Assembly (NCBI RefSeq): GCF_006345805.1
Contig: NW_021831827.1
Location: 1 to 62,129 of the forward strand
Direction of reading: 5' to 3'
From: Octopus sinensis
Taxonomy: Eukaryota
DNA: 62,129 nt
Below are positions 51,383-62,129 of this stretch, piece after piece (the first letter of the stretch is position 1; each line of letters starts with the position of its first letter). The notes under the pieces are model-generated. The model did not search any database and was not told the origin of the DNA. It was given only the letters and a program-made list of their open reading frames with translations. A program made the translations under genes and the position numbers.

Positions 51383-51647
51383 CTGACTCCATCGCTTTTT
51401 CGGTTTCACCTTTTGAGAGTCTTTCAGGTGCAGAAAAAACGGAACGCCACCATTTAAGATCCATTGCAGCTGCAATCCGTAAGGCATTCGATTTGCATAC
51501 ACTTCTGTACGAGCAATGTTCAGTTCGTTTTGAAGTAACGACAGAAGCTGCAGAGCAAACTCTCCAAGATCCTTTCCGTTACAACCATTATCAAGAATCA
51601 CGTGGGACTCTATATAGACATGAGACAGTTTTTTCGACAAGGATAAT
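51383..51647 (-). CDS. CHS: Chitin synthase exon b (ESHVILDNG...PYGLQLQWIL...HLKDSQKVKPKKRWSQ)
   Basis: Acceptor ttccag and donor CAG/gtaagt. 265 nt, phase 2 to 0. Matches the PYGGRL...HLKDK..RHRKRWSQ motif. Confidence 0.95.
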
Positions 51648-52484
51648 CTGGAATTCACAGAAGAGATTTAATAAAAACAAAAGATACAACTGACAAATTC
51701 AGACAGGCAAATCTGAAATGGACTTCAAGCAGAGAGGGAATGTCTTCGTGACGTCGCAAATGGCGACAAAAGGACTTTGACAAACCTAGCTGATTGAATG
51801 TTTAACTTAACAATTAATCAAATAATCAATTAGTTAATTGATTAAGTAGTCAACCAATTGACAAATAAATGAAGAAGTGAAATAGAACCAGTGCTTATTA
51901 TTGAAATAATGGCCCTCCCGATATAGAACAAAGTATCATAATTACAGCAACAAAATCATTGCTAACTTTACTTCTCGGTCACCTCTATGACATATTTACA
52001 ATGGAGAGCCAAGTGCAACTCTCTATGCATTGGCTGCATGTTTTGTCGCTTATCCTAGTATAATGGAAACATTCTCATGTATTGACATAATCATTCTCCT
52101 GATATTTAACAAAAGCTGTTTCATCTTACAAACCGAATGCAAAAAACGAAATACCCTGTTTAACATTTCTTAAAAGATTGCTAGTGCGAACAACACTAAC
52201 TTTGACGTTTCTCTCAGCTATATTCCTTAACAAACCAACCAGTGTTGTTGTAAACATTTTTTTGTGAACCTTAAAATAGTAAGACCAACATTACATATAA
52301 AAGAATCTTGATTAACAACAAGAAAATTGTAACATTCAAATTGTAACCTATCACTGTTTACTCTTGTATTCTCACGTCAGATTGAACACAAGAGAGTAAC
52401 AAAGTTCATCTATCAAAGCATACACACAGCCATACCAATGCTGGCATACTGCAGATATACATATAGCTATACAATATACACAAA

Positions 52485-52526
<42 letters not shown>

Positions 52527-52720
52527 GATACAGTTTCATTAAGTATAAAGAAGAGAATATCACTAACGATTTTGGAAGAAGTTCCTTTCTTGTGTGTGAG
52601 CGCTTTCGATTATACTTTCAAACACATGCGTTCAACAACTGCTCAGAATATTTTTATAAATTCATACATACTGCTTCATACTTATACATAAACGTAAAAA
52701 CGCGCGGCCGCACAGACACA

Positions 52721-52766
<46 letters not shown>

Positions 52767-53555
52767 TATGTGTATCTCTTATTATAAAAGGCAGATTTTA
52801 TCTGCCTCCCTTTGGGAGTTATAGAAATCTACAATATAGCATTTCTTCAATTACAATTTACCTAGCAGTTTTAAGAGTACAATGCATCGCGTCATGCCAG
52901 GTCCAGTTTTTAAAATTAAACTCCAATTAAGCAAAATTTACAGAAAACTCACATTCTGGTGTGTGTGTCAAATGCTTTTCTTAGTCTGGTTTACACCACA
53001 CGCAAACGCACACACACAGTGTGCGACGAATAAAATGAAAGTAAATGTAATATTTGTTTCTGTCTATCACGCTGATAGATACATGAGTAAAATGTATGGG
53101 AAGCTAACAGATAACAGTGAGTGAAAATGTTCTTGGAAGAGAGTAAATTAGCGACAGAGTGATTTGAGGAAGACTAAACTGAAAGTATGAAACAGTGTTT
53201 ATGTATAAACAGACGACACTTATATAAACCCTTTCGTTACCAAACCGCCCGAATTTACCTATTCATATTTAAATGAGAATATCAGAGTAAATCTCTTTAG
53301 TACATTCGTGAAAACACGTATTATACTTCGTAAACACTTCAAATACAGTTTTGTACAAAAATCGAAGTGTAATTTTAATTCCGTGAATTATGGGAGATTT
53401 TTTTCCGAAATTTGTTCCTATTGTGTTTTCAAAATTTGTAATTCTGACAAAAAATGGATACGAATTTCATTATATCAAGCAGCGAGTCAGAATTCGAAGG
53501 ATTTTCTACTGAAGACCTTCATAAATCTAACTCTATGACTGAAAAAAAAAAAGCA

Positions 53556-53948
53556 TCTTTATATAAGAGTGAAGTTGTGTGTCTGTCCCCTTCGATTTAG
53601 ATTCGTAACTACTCCCACATTTTGCCGTGCAGTTTAACCAAAAGCGGGTATCTTATAGTCGTGATTCATATCGAGCCCTTCTGGGTATTAGCGCGCGTCT
53701 ACGATGAGTCTACGATTTAAAAAAAATTTACCATCATATTTTTCCATTTTAATGCATTTTTCGCTTTTATATAAGGGAAGTAACTCTCTAAAAATATCTA
53801 CGATGTGTCAACGATTTAAAAAAAATTTACCTTAATTTTTTTTCAATTTTTAATGCATTTCTTTGCTATTTTTTGGCTATAACTCTCTAAAAATGCTTAT
53901 ATAGTTATTTCCCTTACAACCCGAGCAACGCCGGGCGATACTGCTAGT
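53556..53948 (+). mobile_element. Complete non-autonomous Helitron-like element (copy of 16185-16581)
   Basis: Same body, hairpin cccgagcaacgccggg and terminal CTAGT. Confidence 0.8.
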
Positions 53949-54299
53949 ATATATATAAACACATGTCGAGTTTAAAATTTACTACAGTTGTTTTAGTATC
54001 ATTTTAATGATGCACGAATAGATTACATCATAGCAAAAATCCACCACTACCAGGTAAATTTGAGCACATAACGTTTAAACAAGACAAGCTTGTAAAGAAG
54101 AGGAAAAAATTTTAAAAAAAGGAAAAGACAAGGGAGATAACCAAGGTTACAATAATTCGATGACAAGCAGACATAAACCAGATGCTAATGGTTTACCAAG
54201 TGTCCAGTCGTCTAGTTTTAAATTCCGGACATAGCCATCACTAATAATAAAAAGGAGTACTGGTGAAATGTACCAGTAAAAATCTATGTAAAATCTAAA

Positions 54300-54580
54300 C
54301 GCAATAGAACTGATATAATGATTTGGTATAGATAAAGGAAACTGTGTACAGTTGTGGAAATCAGTTGCCCAGCGGACATTAACGTAAAACCGAAGATCAG
54401 TGAAAAAGAGAACACCTACGCTGAACTATTGAGAAATCTGCAGTTACTCTATCCAGATTACAAATTCAGGATTATGCCTGTTACTATTGGGGCACTGGGA
54501 TATATAACGTACTGTCTAAATATCAATCATGAGCAAAGCCAGAAAGAAGAAAGCTAATTCGAAGACTACAAATCCAAGCT
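54300..54580 (+). mobile_element. Restriction-like-endonuclease fragment of another RLE non-LTR retrotransposon
   Basis: DIMIW...VVEISCPADINVKPKISEKENTYAEL...VTIGALG. Confidence 0.6.
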
Positions 54581-54802
54581 TTCGCTTAAGTATATATATG
54601 AGCATGTCTAGATATGCTTGTGAAAACATACATAAAACAAAACATACAAATCTTCACGTATACATACATACATGCATACAAAAATATCCCATTGATGTTC
54701 TTGAAATTCCGATGAAGGAACATTGGATCTAGGTTAGAAACCGGCTATTTTTCTATTCACAAGAGATCTTGAACTAAAAATGAATAATGACATACAGACA
54801 TA

Positions 54803-54837
<35 letters not shown>

Positions 54838-54998
54838 TATATGACTCTAAGGTGTTTAACAACCTGCACTTTGAGATTTTATTCTCCACTGGGCCAATAG
54901 CATCCGATCGGCAAATACACGTGGCATGTACATTAAGTATAAGTGGTTGATAATAATTATGACTTGTGATGCTTTTATTTCACATTTGAATATATATG

Positions 54999-55032
<34 letters not shown>

Positions 55033-55086
55033 TGTATGTATGTATGTATGTATGTATGTATGTATGTATGTATGTATGTATGTATG

Positions 55087-56510
55087 TCGATAAGAATTTC
55101 CCTGTGGGTTATAAATACCGCTGCATTTCTAATAGATCCTGTCTAAAACTTTCATGCTCAACTACATTAAGCTCGATAGTCGCAGGGAATAATAGATTTA
55201 AGCTTGGGAATACGGGTAGCCCTAATACGAGTAGGATTAATAATAATATAGATAAAAAAAACGCACAGGGATGAGTAACCGGAATAAAGTCTGCAATTGT
55301 CGGAACTGCAATTTATGTCCATTAGGGAACTCCTCTTTCAGGAAAAAACGTGGTATACAAGACTGAGGTCGTAACTGCCAAGCAACCTACAAAAGTATAC
55401 ATAGGGAGTACCACGGAATTTAAAAAAGAGACATAGAGGGCACATCAGCTCATTCTCGAACCCATGAACATAAAATGCAACAGCACTGGCTACATGTATT
55501 AATAAACTAAAAATGCGGGATAAGGAATTTAGATTAGACTGGTCAATTGTAACGGAAACTACACCATATAGAACGTATACTAGAAGGTGTAAATTATGTA
55601 CACAGGAAGTAATCAGTATACTTCGTACAGACAAAAAAATTGTAATTAATAAGATCTCGGACTTTATAATTGCATGTAGGCATAAGTATTTCGCTGCGTT
55701 TAAGCTTGTTTAAAGTAGATAGGATAGATTGCCTTAATAAATTAATTTTAAAAACTTTTTCCCACTTTGGTTCGATTTGATCAACTTTAAGCGTAAAATT
55801 CTTTATACTTTAGCATCTTAGTGGTTCACGGCTTAACGTCGTATTCGAACCTATTAACCTTCTATATATAGGGTTTAAGTTAGCGATTATTGTAAATTAT
55901 AGATTACAATTACCATGGAGATTTTAAACCGTTCCCACTAACATTATGCATATATGGATTCATCCTATTTTTAATTATTTAACTATCTTTAATTATCAGC
56001 AATCCAACTGTTTTTGTTTTTTTTTCAAATGGTTAACCTGATTTATGTCGAAATTTGAGTCTTCATCCCTCTCTCTTATCAGACAAAATATCCGTCATTA
56101 TACTTTTACAAATATTTTTATTTTCATTCGCACAAATGTTTCACTTCACTTGTTTTTACTTTACAAAGCCTTTTCCTATATCCTTACGAACATTTCTAAA
56201 ATATTATAACATTTTTTTAAAAATATAACATTACTCCATATGACTACAAGTTTTATAATCTTTCTCAAATTTTTAAACAATTTTAATGGATTTTTGTACC
56301 TCTGATGAGGGAAATGCGACTATTTGTACTGGCTGGAAAATTCACCCAACACAAACGCATCACCCGAAACGATCGAAAGGCTCTGTACTACTGCTTTTCT
56401 TTGGATTATAATATTGGAGCGCTTGAAACCTAATATCTCGATGAATTGTTTATGTATTTTGAACTTCCACGATAAAGGAATTTGACCCACGAAAATCTGT
56501 CATCCACTTT
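55087..56510 (+). mobile_element. Penelope-like element 3' portion (RT C-terminus, GIY-YIG endonuclease, 3' UTR/pLTR)
   Basis: DKNFPVGYKY, VVYKTEV...VYIGSTTEFKKRH, DWSIV...RCKLC...ACRHK. A hammerhead motif lies in the tail. Confidence 0.8.
56299..56380 (+). ncRNA. Hammerhead ribozyme motif with mutated cleavage triplet (GUA to GAA)
   Basis: cct-CTGATGA-ggg.atgcg...cgcat.ccc-GAAAC-GATC-GAA-agg. Confidence 0.55.
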
Positions 56511-56517
56511 AATTAAT

Positions 56518-56617
<100 letters not shown>

Positions 56618-56789
56618 GACAAGACAGAAACAGACATCCTTATAAACATTAAAATTTATTTAAATCTGAAATTAGACATTCAGATTGTTTATTAATTATT
56701 ATAATGTGAATATCTAAAATTTAGTAGACATGCCCTTTGCATTTTTCAATGCAAGAATCCTATAAGGTATACTACTAATCAGATAACGA

Positions 56790-58050
56790 ATATTCTCTGG
56801 CGGAATTTCTTGCCAAGTGGGGAACAGAGTCAAAGGCTTTCTTGTAGTCTAGCCACATTGAAACTAGGTTCCTTCGATGCCCTCGCACCTTTGACGTCAC
56901 AGTTTTGTTGATTAACAATTGTTCGGCACATCCCCAGGCTCCCTTTTTACCACCTGCTTATTCTGCTGTAATGATGTTATTGCTTTCATAATGGTGTTGG
57001 AGAAGGCGGTTTAAACATGCTGTATATATCTTTTACACTAAGTTCTGGCATGTAACTGGCCGGCAGTTTTTTACTACGTGGGTGGTTTTGCATTTGGGGA
57101 TCAGTTTGTCTCTGCCAAAACTAACTAGTGTCGTATGCTACGGTTCATATTGAGAACTTGCTGATACAGGTTAAGACTAGGTCGGTAGAAGGTTAGCTTC
57201 TTGTACGAATATCCAGCAACCAAGTCTCTTCCAGGTGCTTTTCCATCCTGGAGTTTCTGGATCACAGTTGCAAGGGTATCACCATCAATGCTGTACAATG
57301 TCTTTGGTGTAAAGCAGGAATAATACCTTCTTCGAATTTCTTCCTGCCACAGATCATCTTCACACCAGATTTTCCTCAAGAAGGAGTTTATGGCTTCTAA
57401 TTAAGGAGCTTCGTATTTCTTTATTGACAAGAGGCTAAACATAGAGGGGACAAACAAGGATAGACAAAGAGGTTAAGTCGATTACATCGACCCCAGTGCG
57501 TAACTGGTACTTAATTTATCGACCCCAAAAGGATGAAAGGCAAAGTCGACCTCGGCGGAATTTGAACTCAGAACGTAACGGCAGACGAAATACCGATAAG
57601 CATTTCGCCCGGCGTGCTAACGTTTCTGCCAGCTCGTCGCCTTGTTAAGGAGCTTCTGTGATGTTCTCTTCTCCTCCTCTCATGTCTCTGTATACAGCTG
57701 TCTGGTTCCGGTTAAATTTTTTGCTTATTGTTTTTTCTCTTGGTTATTCTCTTCTGATCCTGCTTGAAGGTGATCAGTTTGCAAGTGAGTGTCCTGTTTT
57801 TGCTGTTTCCAAGCATCATTTCTGTCTCCTTCTTCAATTTTTCTTGGTGAGACGTATAGTGATTTGCTTGTTTGCACGCAGTAAGCCTCTTCACCATCTT
57901 CAAAATCCATGATGGTACTTTCTTTGTTGTTTCGGTTTTGTTCAAACTTTGAATGTCGCTCATGTACTGCTTTGCAATAGTAGACAGGACATATAGACAA
58001 GCGTTAATCTGCTAGAATAAGGGTTCATTTCACTGTTGTAAATATTCCTC
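56790..58050 (-). mobile_element. Dong/R4-type internal fragment interrupted by a SINE
   Basis: RKIWC...IQKLQDGKAPGRDLVAGY.YKKLT on the minus strand. Confidence 0.65.
57413..57644 (-). mobile_element. tRNA-derived SINE, family 1, with 12-bp TSD
   Basis: ttaaggagcttc occurs at 57401-57412 and 57645-57656. The body is the reverse complement of the 11808 copy. Confidence 0.9.
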
Positions 58051-58580
58051 TCCAATTTCGTTAACAGCTTTTACTACCGCATCTGATGTTTTTTTTTTGG
58101 TTTTTTTTTTACTTACTTTCACACAGAATACTCTCTCCACGTGAGAGTATGTCAAATCCAGAAATTTCTCGGAAAATTTCAGATAGGGCACATTTCATAA
58201 ATATATAACTTTGACTACTACTACAACTACTACTACTACTACTACTTATACTACTATTACTACCACTACTGCTGCTGCTACTACTACTACTACAATAATT
58301 ATTGCAGTTGTGCCAGCTATTTACCGTAGTCGTAGTAGGGGAGAGTGGTCAGATACTCTTATCAGTAATGTAGTTTTGTCGACATGCACTATAGAATCTG
58401 TATGCATGCATGTATGTATGTATGTATGTATGTATGCATATATGTATATATGTATGTGTGTGTGTATGCATGTAAGTATGTATGTATGTATGTATGTATG
58501 TATGTATGTATGTATGTATGTATGTATGTATGTATGTATGTGTTCGTGTATGTGTGTGTGTATTAAAAATAGTTATTTAC

Positions 58581-59496
58581 CCTTCTATACTTTTCAGGAG
58601 TCGCTTCATTTCGAATTCTGCTTCTCTATACATGGTTGTACATATAAAAACTTTGCTCACTTTGGATACCCCGGTCAACATTTTACTCATCTTACCATGT
58701 GTGGTATGAATTCCTTCCGGATTGTAATTCAAATGCAAATGATGTTCGAGGAAGATATTGTTGTAAGTAAAACTTAAGAAGTTCGATTCCGAAGGTTTCA
58801 GTATGGAATTTGGTACAGGTGTATGGTTCATGCCCAGCATTAGAAATGGTAACAACCAAAGTAAAATTGCAATTCCTAAACAAAACCACGAAGCAATAGT
58901 TAATCCTGACAGGGCAGACAACTTTACGATATGAAAAACTCCATAGAAATTGTCAACAATGATGATCAAGATTATGATCGGAGTGACAAATATTGTTGGT
59001 AGGTAAATACCACTACGTGTAAGGCATATTCGTGTTGATATGTAAGTGGATGCATGAGATAATAAACCAGCAAAGAGGTGAATCAAGAGTCCATATCTGA
59101 TGGTTTTTGTTGAGTTTATATTACCGAAACCTTGCATTAAACTGTTAAATGATTTTTCGAAGCTGTCCTGCCGATTTAAGTAAGTTATAACAACGGCTAT
59201 GACAAAAAATACTACCAATTTCAAAATAGTATAAATTATACTGGCATTTTTACGACCATCAACGTCGCCATCTCGAGATCGTATTATAAATGTTGCTATT
59301 CCAGGGCACCACGTGAAAGATAAAGCCAATAAGGATGTAGACAAAATGAGAGATTGTGAAATAGTCAAGATTTGGCTAAAACCAGTCACAAATGACGTGG
59401 CCACGACTAATGCTACATAAATTAGTCCGAATACAACAAAAATAAGTTTCTTCATAGATTTAGTGTTTGAATTGGTGTTATCATGGTCCAAATCCA
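58581..59496 (-). CDS. CHS: Chitin synthase exon a: end of N-terminal multi-TM domain and start of catalytic domain (VFICTTMYREAEFEMKRLLKSI)
   Basis: Acceptor ttttttttccag and donor GG/gtaaat. 916 nt, several hydrophobic helices. ICTTMYRE corresponds to CATMWHE of insect CHS. Confidence 0.92.
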
Positions 59497-59732
59497 CTGG
59501 AAAAAAAGAAAGAAAAGAGAGAAATAAGTACAAATGTATTAAGAATTTGGTATTGTTTAATGGTAGGCCATATTATATGTCAACATTTCATACAATTTGG
59601 TAATGAAACTGGCAATATTTACATGTATATCTTAAACAAATTATTAGTTTGTTCAGTAAGTTGAATATAATGCTGGTATGTGAAAAGACCTTTATATTTA
59701 AATATGTATGTTGTGTGTATATACACACACAT

Positions 59733-59771
<39 letters not shown>

Positions 59772-59863
59772 AAATATTATTTGAGACAAAACCACTATTT
59801 TGCAAAACAAACAAGGAAAGACTTAATCAATACATAAAATTTAATAAATAGTCAAAAAAACCG

Positions 59864-59906
59864 CCACTACAATCGTTTCTTGTCTTGATCGACAATCTTC
59901 AGGTGG
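59864..59906 (-). ncRNA. Intact minimal type I hammerhead ribozyme
   Basis: Minus strand reads CCAC-CTGAAGA-TTGTC-gatcaa-GACAA-GAAAC-gatt-GTA-GTGG. All conserved core nucleotides and all three stems are present. Confidence 0.8.
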
Positions 59907-60000
59907 ACTTCCAATAATTCAGTTATATATAAACAATAAGAAAATGGAGAGTATATATATATATAAATATTAATTTATTAACATGTAGTTATTTAAAATA

Positions 60001-60102
60001 CCTACAATTGTTTCAATTTTACTCAATACTATTTACAACGTTATGAATAAAATAAAATAAAATTTACATTTAGAATATTATATGAGTAAAACCTCATCAG
60101 GG
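60001..60102 (-). ncRNA. Type I hammerhead ribozyme, intact core, long stem II, weak stem I
   Basis: Minus strand reads gcc-CTGATGA-ggTTTTACTCA...TGAGTAAAAtt-GAAAC-aatt-GTA-ggt. Confidence 0.7.
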
Positions 60103-60709
60103 CTAATTGACATAAAATAATTACATGTTGTTAAGTCGAGATTTTAAAACAAACTGGATAAACGAAGTTATGTTTATATGTATGTGGGCCTGTTAAATAT
60201 ATTTCATAAGAAAAGAAAAGAAAATACGAATAAAAATAAAAATTAAAATAAATTTTTAAAATATAGCCATTATACTGGGGTCGATGTAATCGACTTAATC
60301 CCCTTGTTTTTCTCCTCTATGTTTAGCCCACTGTGGGCAATAAAGAAGTAAATATTTTTCTGTTTAATTTATATTAATCCAGGGTTTAGTATAATGTGTA
60401 TCACATGATTTGGTTGGGTATTTAATATAAGGAATTCGTTTTTTTACGTCATCAAAGATAGTGCTGTTATTAGACCTCTATCTTGTTTACTGATTAAAAG
60501 ACATATGTTGTCATAACATCCAAAATAATATAATATATTTATTTATCAAATTTTATCGAATAATATTTAATTATAATTTATTTTATTTTATTTAGAGGAA
60601 TGTTTACAAGATAAAACAGAATCTTGATGGTTATTAAGAAGTTCAAATTTCGAAGTCAAGATTTGATAGATTTCGTCTACATGTAAATTTCATCATATTT
60701 TACCAATAT

Positions 60710-62129
60710 TATGTCTCACCAGTGCTTCTGCTGAATGTCAGAGGTCTGGTGAAACCCACTAATATGGGTAAAATTCCTTACCTTAGGGACTTGAGCACAA
60801 GCAACCATGCAATATGCATAGCGCTGACTGAAACGCACCTGTCAAGCAGTATAGCAGATGCAGAAATACACATACCGAAGTATACTGTTTTTCGGTCGGA
60901 CAGGAAGGAAAGAACTCATGGTGGGGTTGCCCTGTACGTCCGTGAAGATGTCACACCCATAGTACTGTTGACACACTCAAACTCAGTCTGTGACACACTG
61001 ATAGTACACATGAAACAACCGAAAATAGTAATATGTGTCACATATCGGCCACCAGACACCCCTAGTCATGAAGGAGTGTTTGAAGATAGCCTCAGAAGAA
61101 TAGAAGAAGTCCTGGACAAACTGGACCAGGGTAACACCATTCTACTGCTGGGAGATTTTAACCTTCCGAAAGTCAAATAGCCAGATGGCCATCTCCTCCC
61201 TGGAATGACATCACTTGAACAGAGACAGACAGAGTCCTTGTTGGCTCTCACACGCAAGTTTTTCATGGAGCAAGCAGTGCTTTGGCCAACAAGAGGTGAG
61301 AATGTCTTGGACCTCTGTTTCACAAGCAACCCGATGCTCATCCACAACATAATGGTAACACCAACAATTCTCTCAGATCACAACTTAGTAGAGGTAATGA
61401 TATATGGTATGAGAGAGTTAGTTGAGACGCAGCCATTAGAAAATACCACAGGCCTATCCAGTCTAAACTTCCATAAGGCAAACTGGAAGAAGATCAACGA
61501 AGAGATCCGAAAACATGACTGGAGTGACTTCATCACCACACAAGACACCAACACACATTTCCAACATTTCATGACAACAATACAGAACATATGCCATAAG
61601 TTTGTCCCGGAGAAAAAAGCCAGCGGGCATAGGAACGTTATTCCCAGAGACAGGAAAATACTTATGAGGCGAAGAGCTAAGCTCTCGAAGCAACTGAATG
61701 CACGGCAGAGAAACAATGAGGGACTCCACCTGAAACTTTTTGAAACGGAAACTGCACTCAAACTTTCCTATGAGAAGGAGAGGGCAGAGAGAGAAGCCAG
61801 GGCCATAGAGAATATTAAAACAAACCCTAAAGCCTTCTTTGAATTTGCGAAAGAAACCACCTCGGTACACTGCAAGATTGGCCCACTCTTTGATAAAAAG
61901 GGCTCTCTAACTGAGGACCCCCAAGGGATAAGTGAAATACTAAAGGAACAGTATAAAAGTGTGTTCACATCCCCTCTGGGGCACATGCAAATCACAAACC
62001 CAGAAGTTTTCTTTGATGCCACAACACTCCAAAACCAAACAACAACCATCGACCACATAGACATAACAGAGAGGGGTGTAATATCTGCCATAGAAGAAAT
62101 GAGAATAAACTCAGCTGCTGGACCAGATG
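60710..62129 (+). mobile_element. CR1/L2-superfamily LINE ORF2 (APE endonuclease and linker), runs off the window
   Basis: LLLNVRGL, LTETHL, RSDR...GGVALYV, YRPP, GDFNLP, LDLCFT, SDHNLV, NPKAFF, SAAGPD. The only lesion is a TAG at 61178-61180. Confidence 0.92.

Noticed and set aside
59864-60102. Intramolecular heterodimer of the two tandem hammerheads
   Set aside because: The stem III strands can cross-pair (ACGAUUGU with ACAAUUGU), but the stem I strands are not cross-complementary, which a double-hammerhead fold requires.

Overview
AT-rich, microsatellite-dense eukaryotic DNA. The SINE, MITE and microsatellite content looks like an Octopus (coleoid cephalopod) genome; this is inference from recognition, not a search. 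The one host gene I can support is a chitin synthase (GT2) on the minus strand. Nine coding exons were traced by hand with GT-AG sites and consistent phases: 59496-58581, 51647-51383, 48534-47775, 44447-44292, 42417-42157, 39024-38794, 36148-35952, 32401-32317 and 31669-31224. Together they give 3317 nt, about 1104 aa to the TGA; the N-terminal exons appear to lie beyond the window. All hallmark motifs are present (QxFEY, CPGCFS, GEDRW, QRRRW, SWGTR). The enzyme is divergent, with a roughly 165-aa Ser/Asp-rich insert before the DxD motif and a short, polybasic C-terminus. The rest is transposon-derived: a full-length decayed Ty3/Gypsy element (tRNA-Trp PBS, 4-bp TSD), a near-intact and a decayed mariner, Dong/R4, CR1-like, Tx1-like and Penelope-like retroelements, Helitron-like elements and tRNA-SINEs. 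The most unusual observations are: (i) several minimal hammerhead ribozyme motifs, two with intact catalytic cores lying sense to the chitin synthase pre-mRNA 370-600 nt upstream of an acceptor; (ii) an 863-bp near-perfect foldback palindrome inside a chitin synthase intron; (iii) the catalytic-domain insert. There are no rRNA genes, true tRNA genes or CRISPR arrays.
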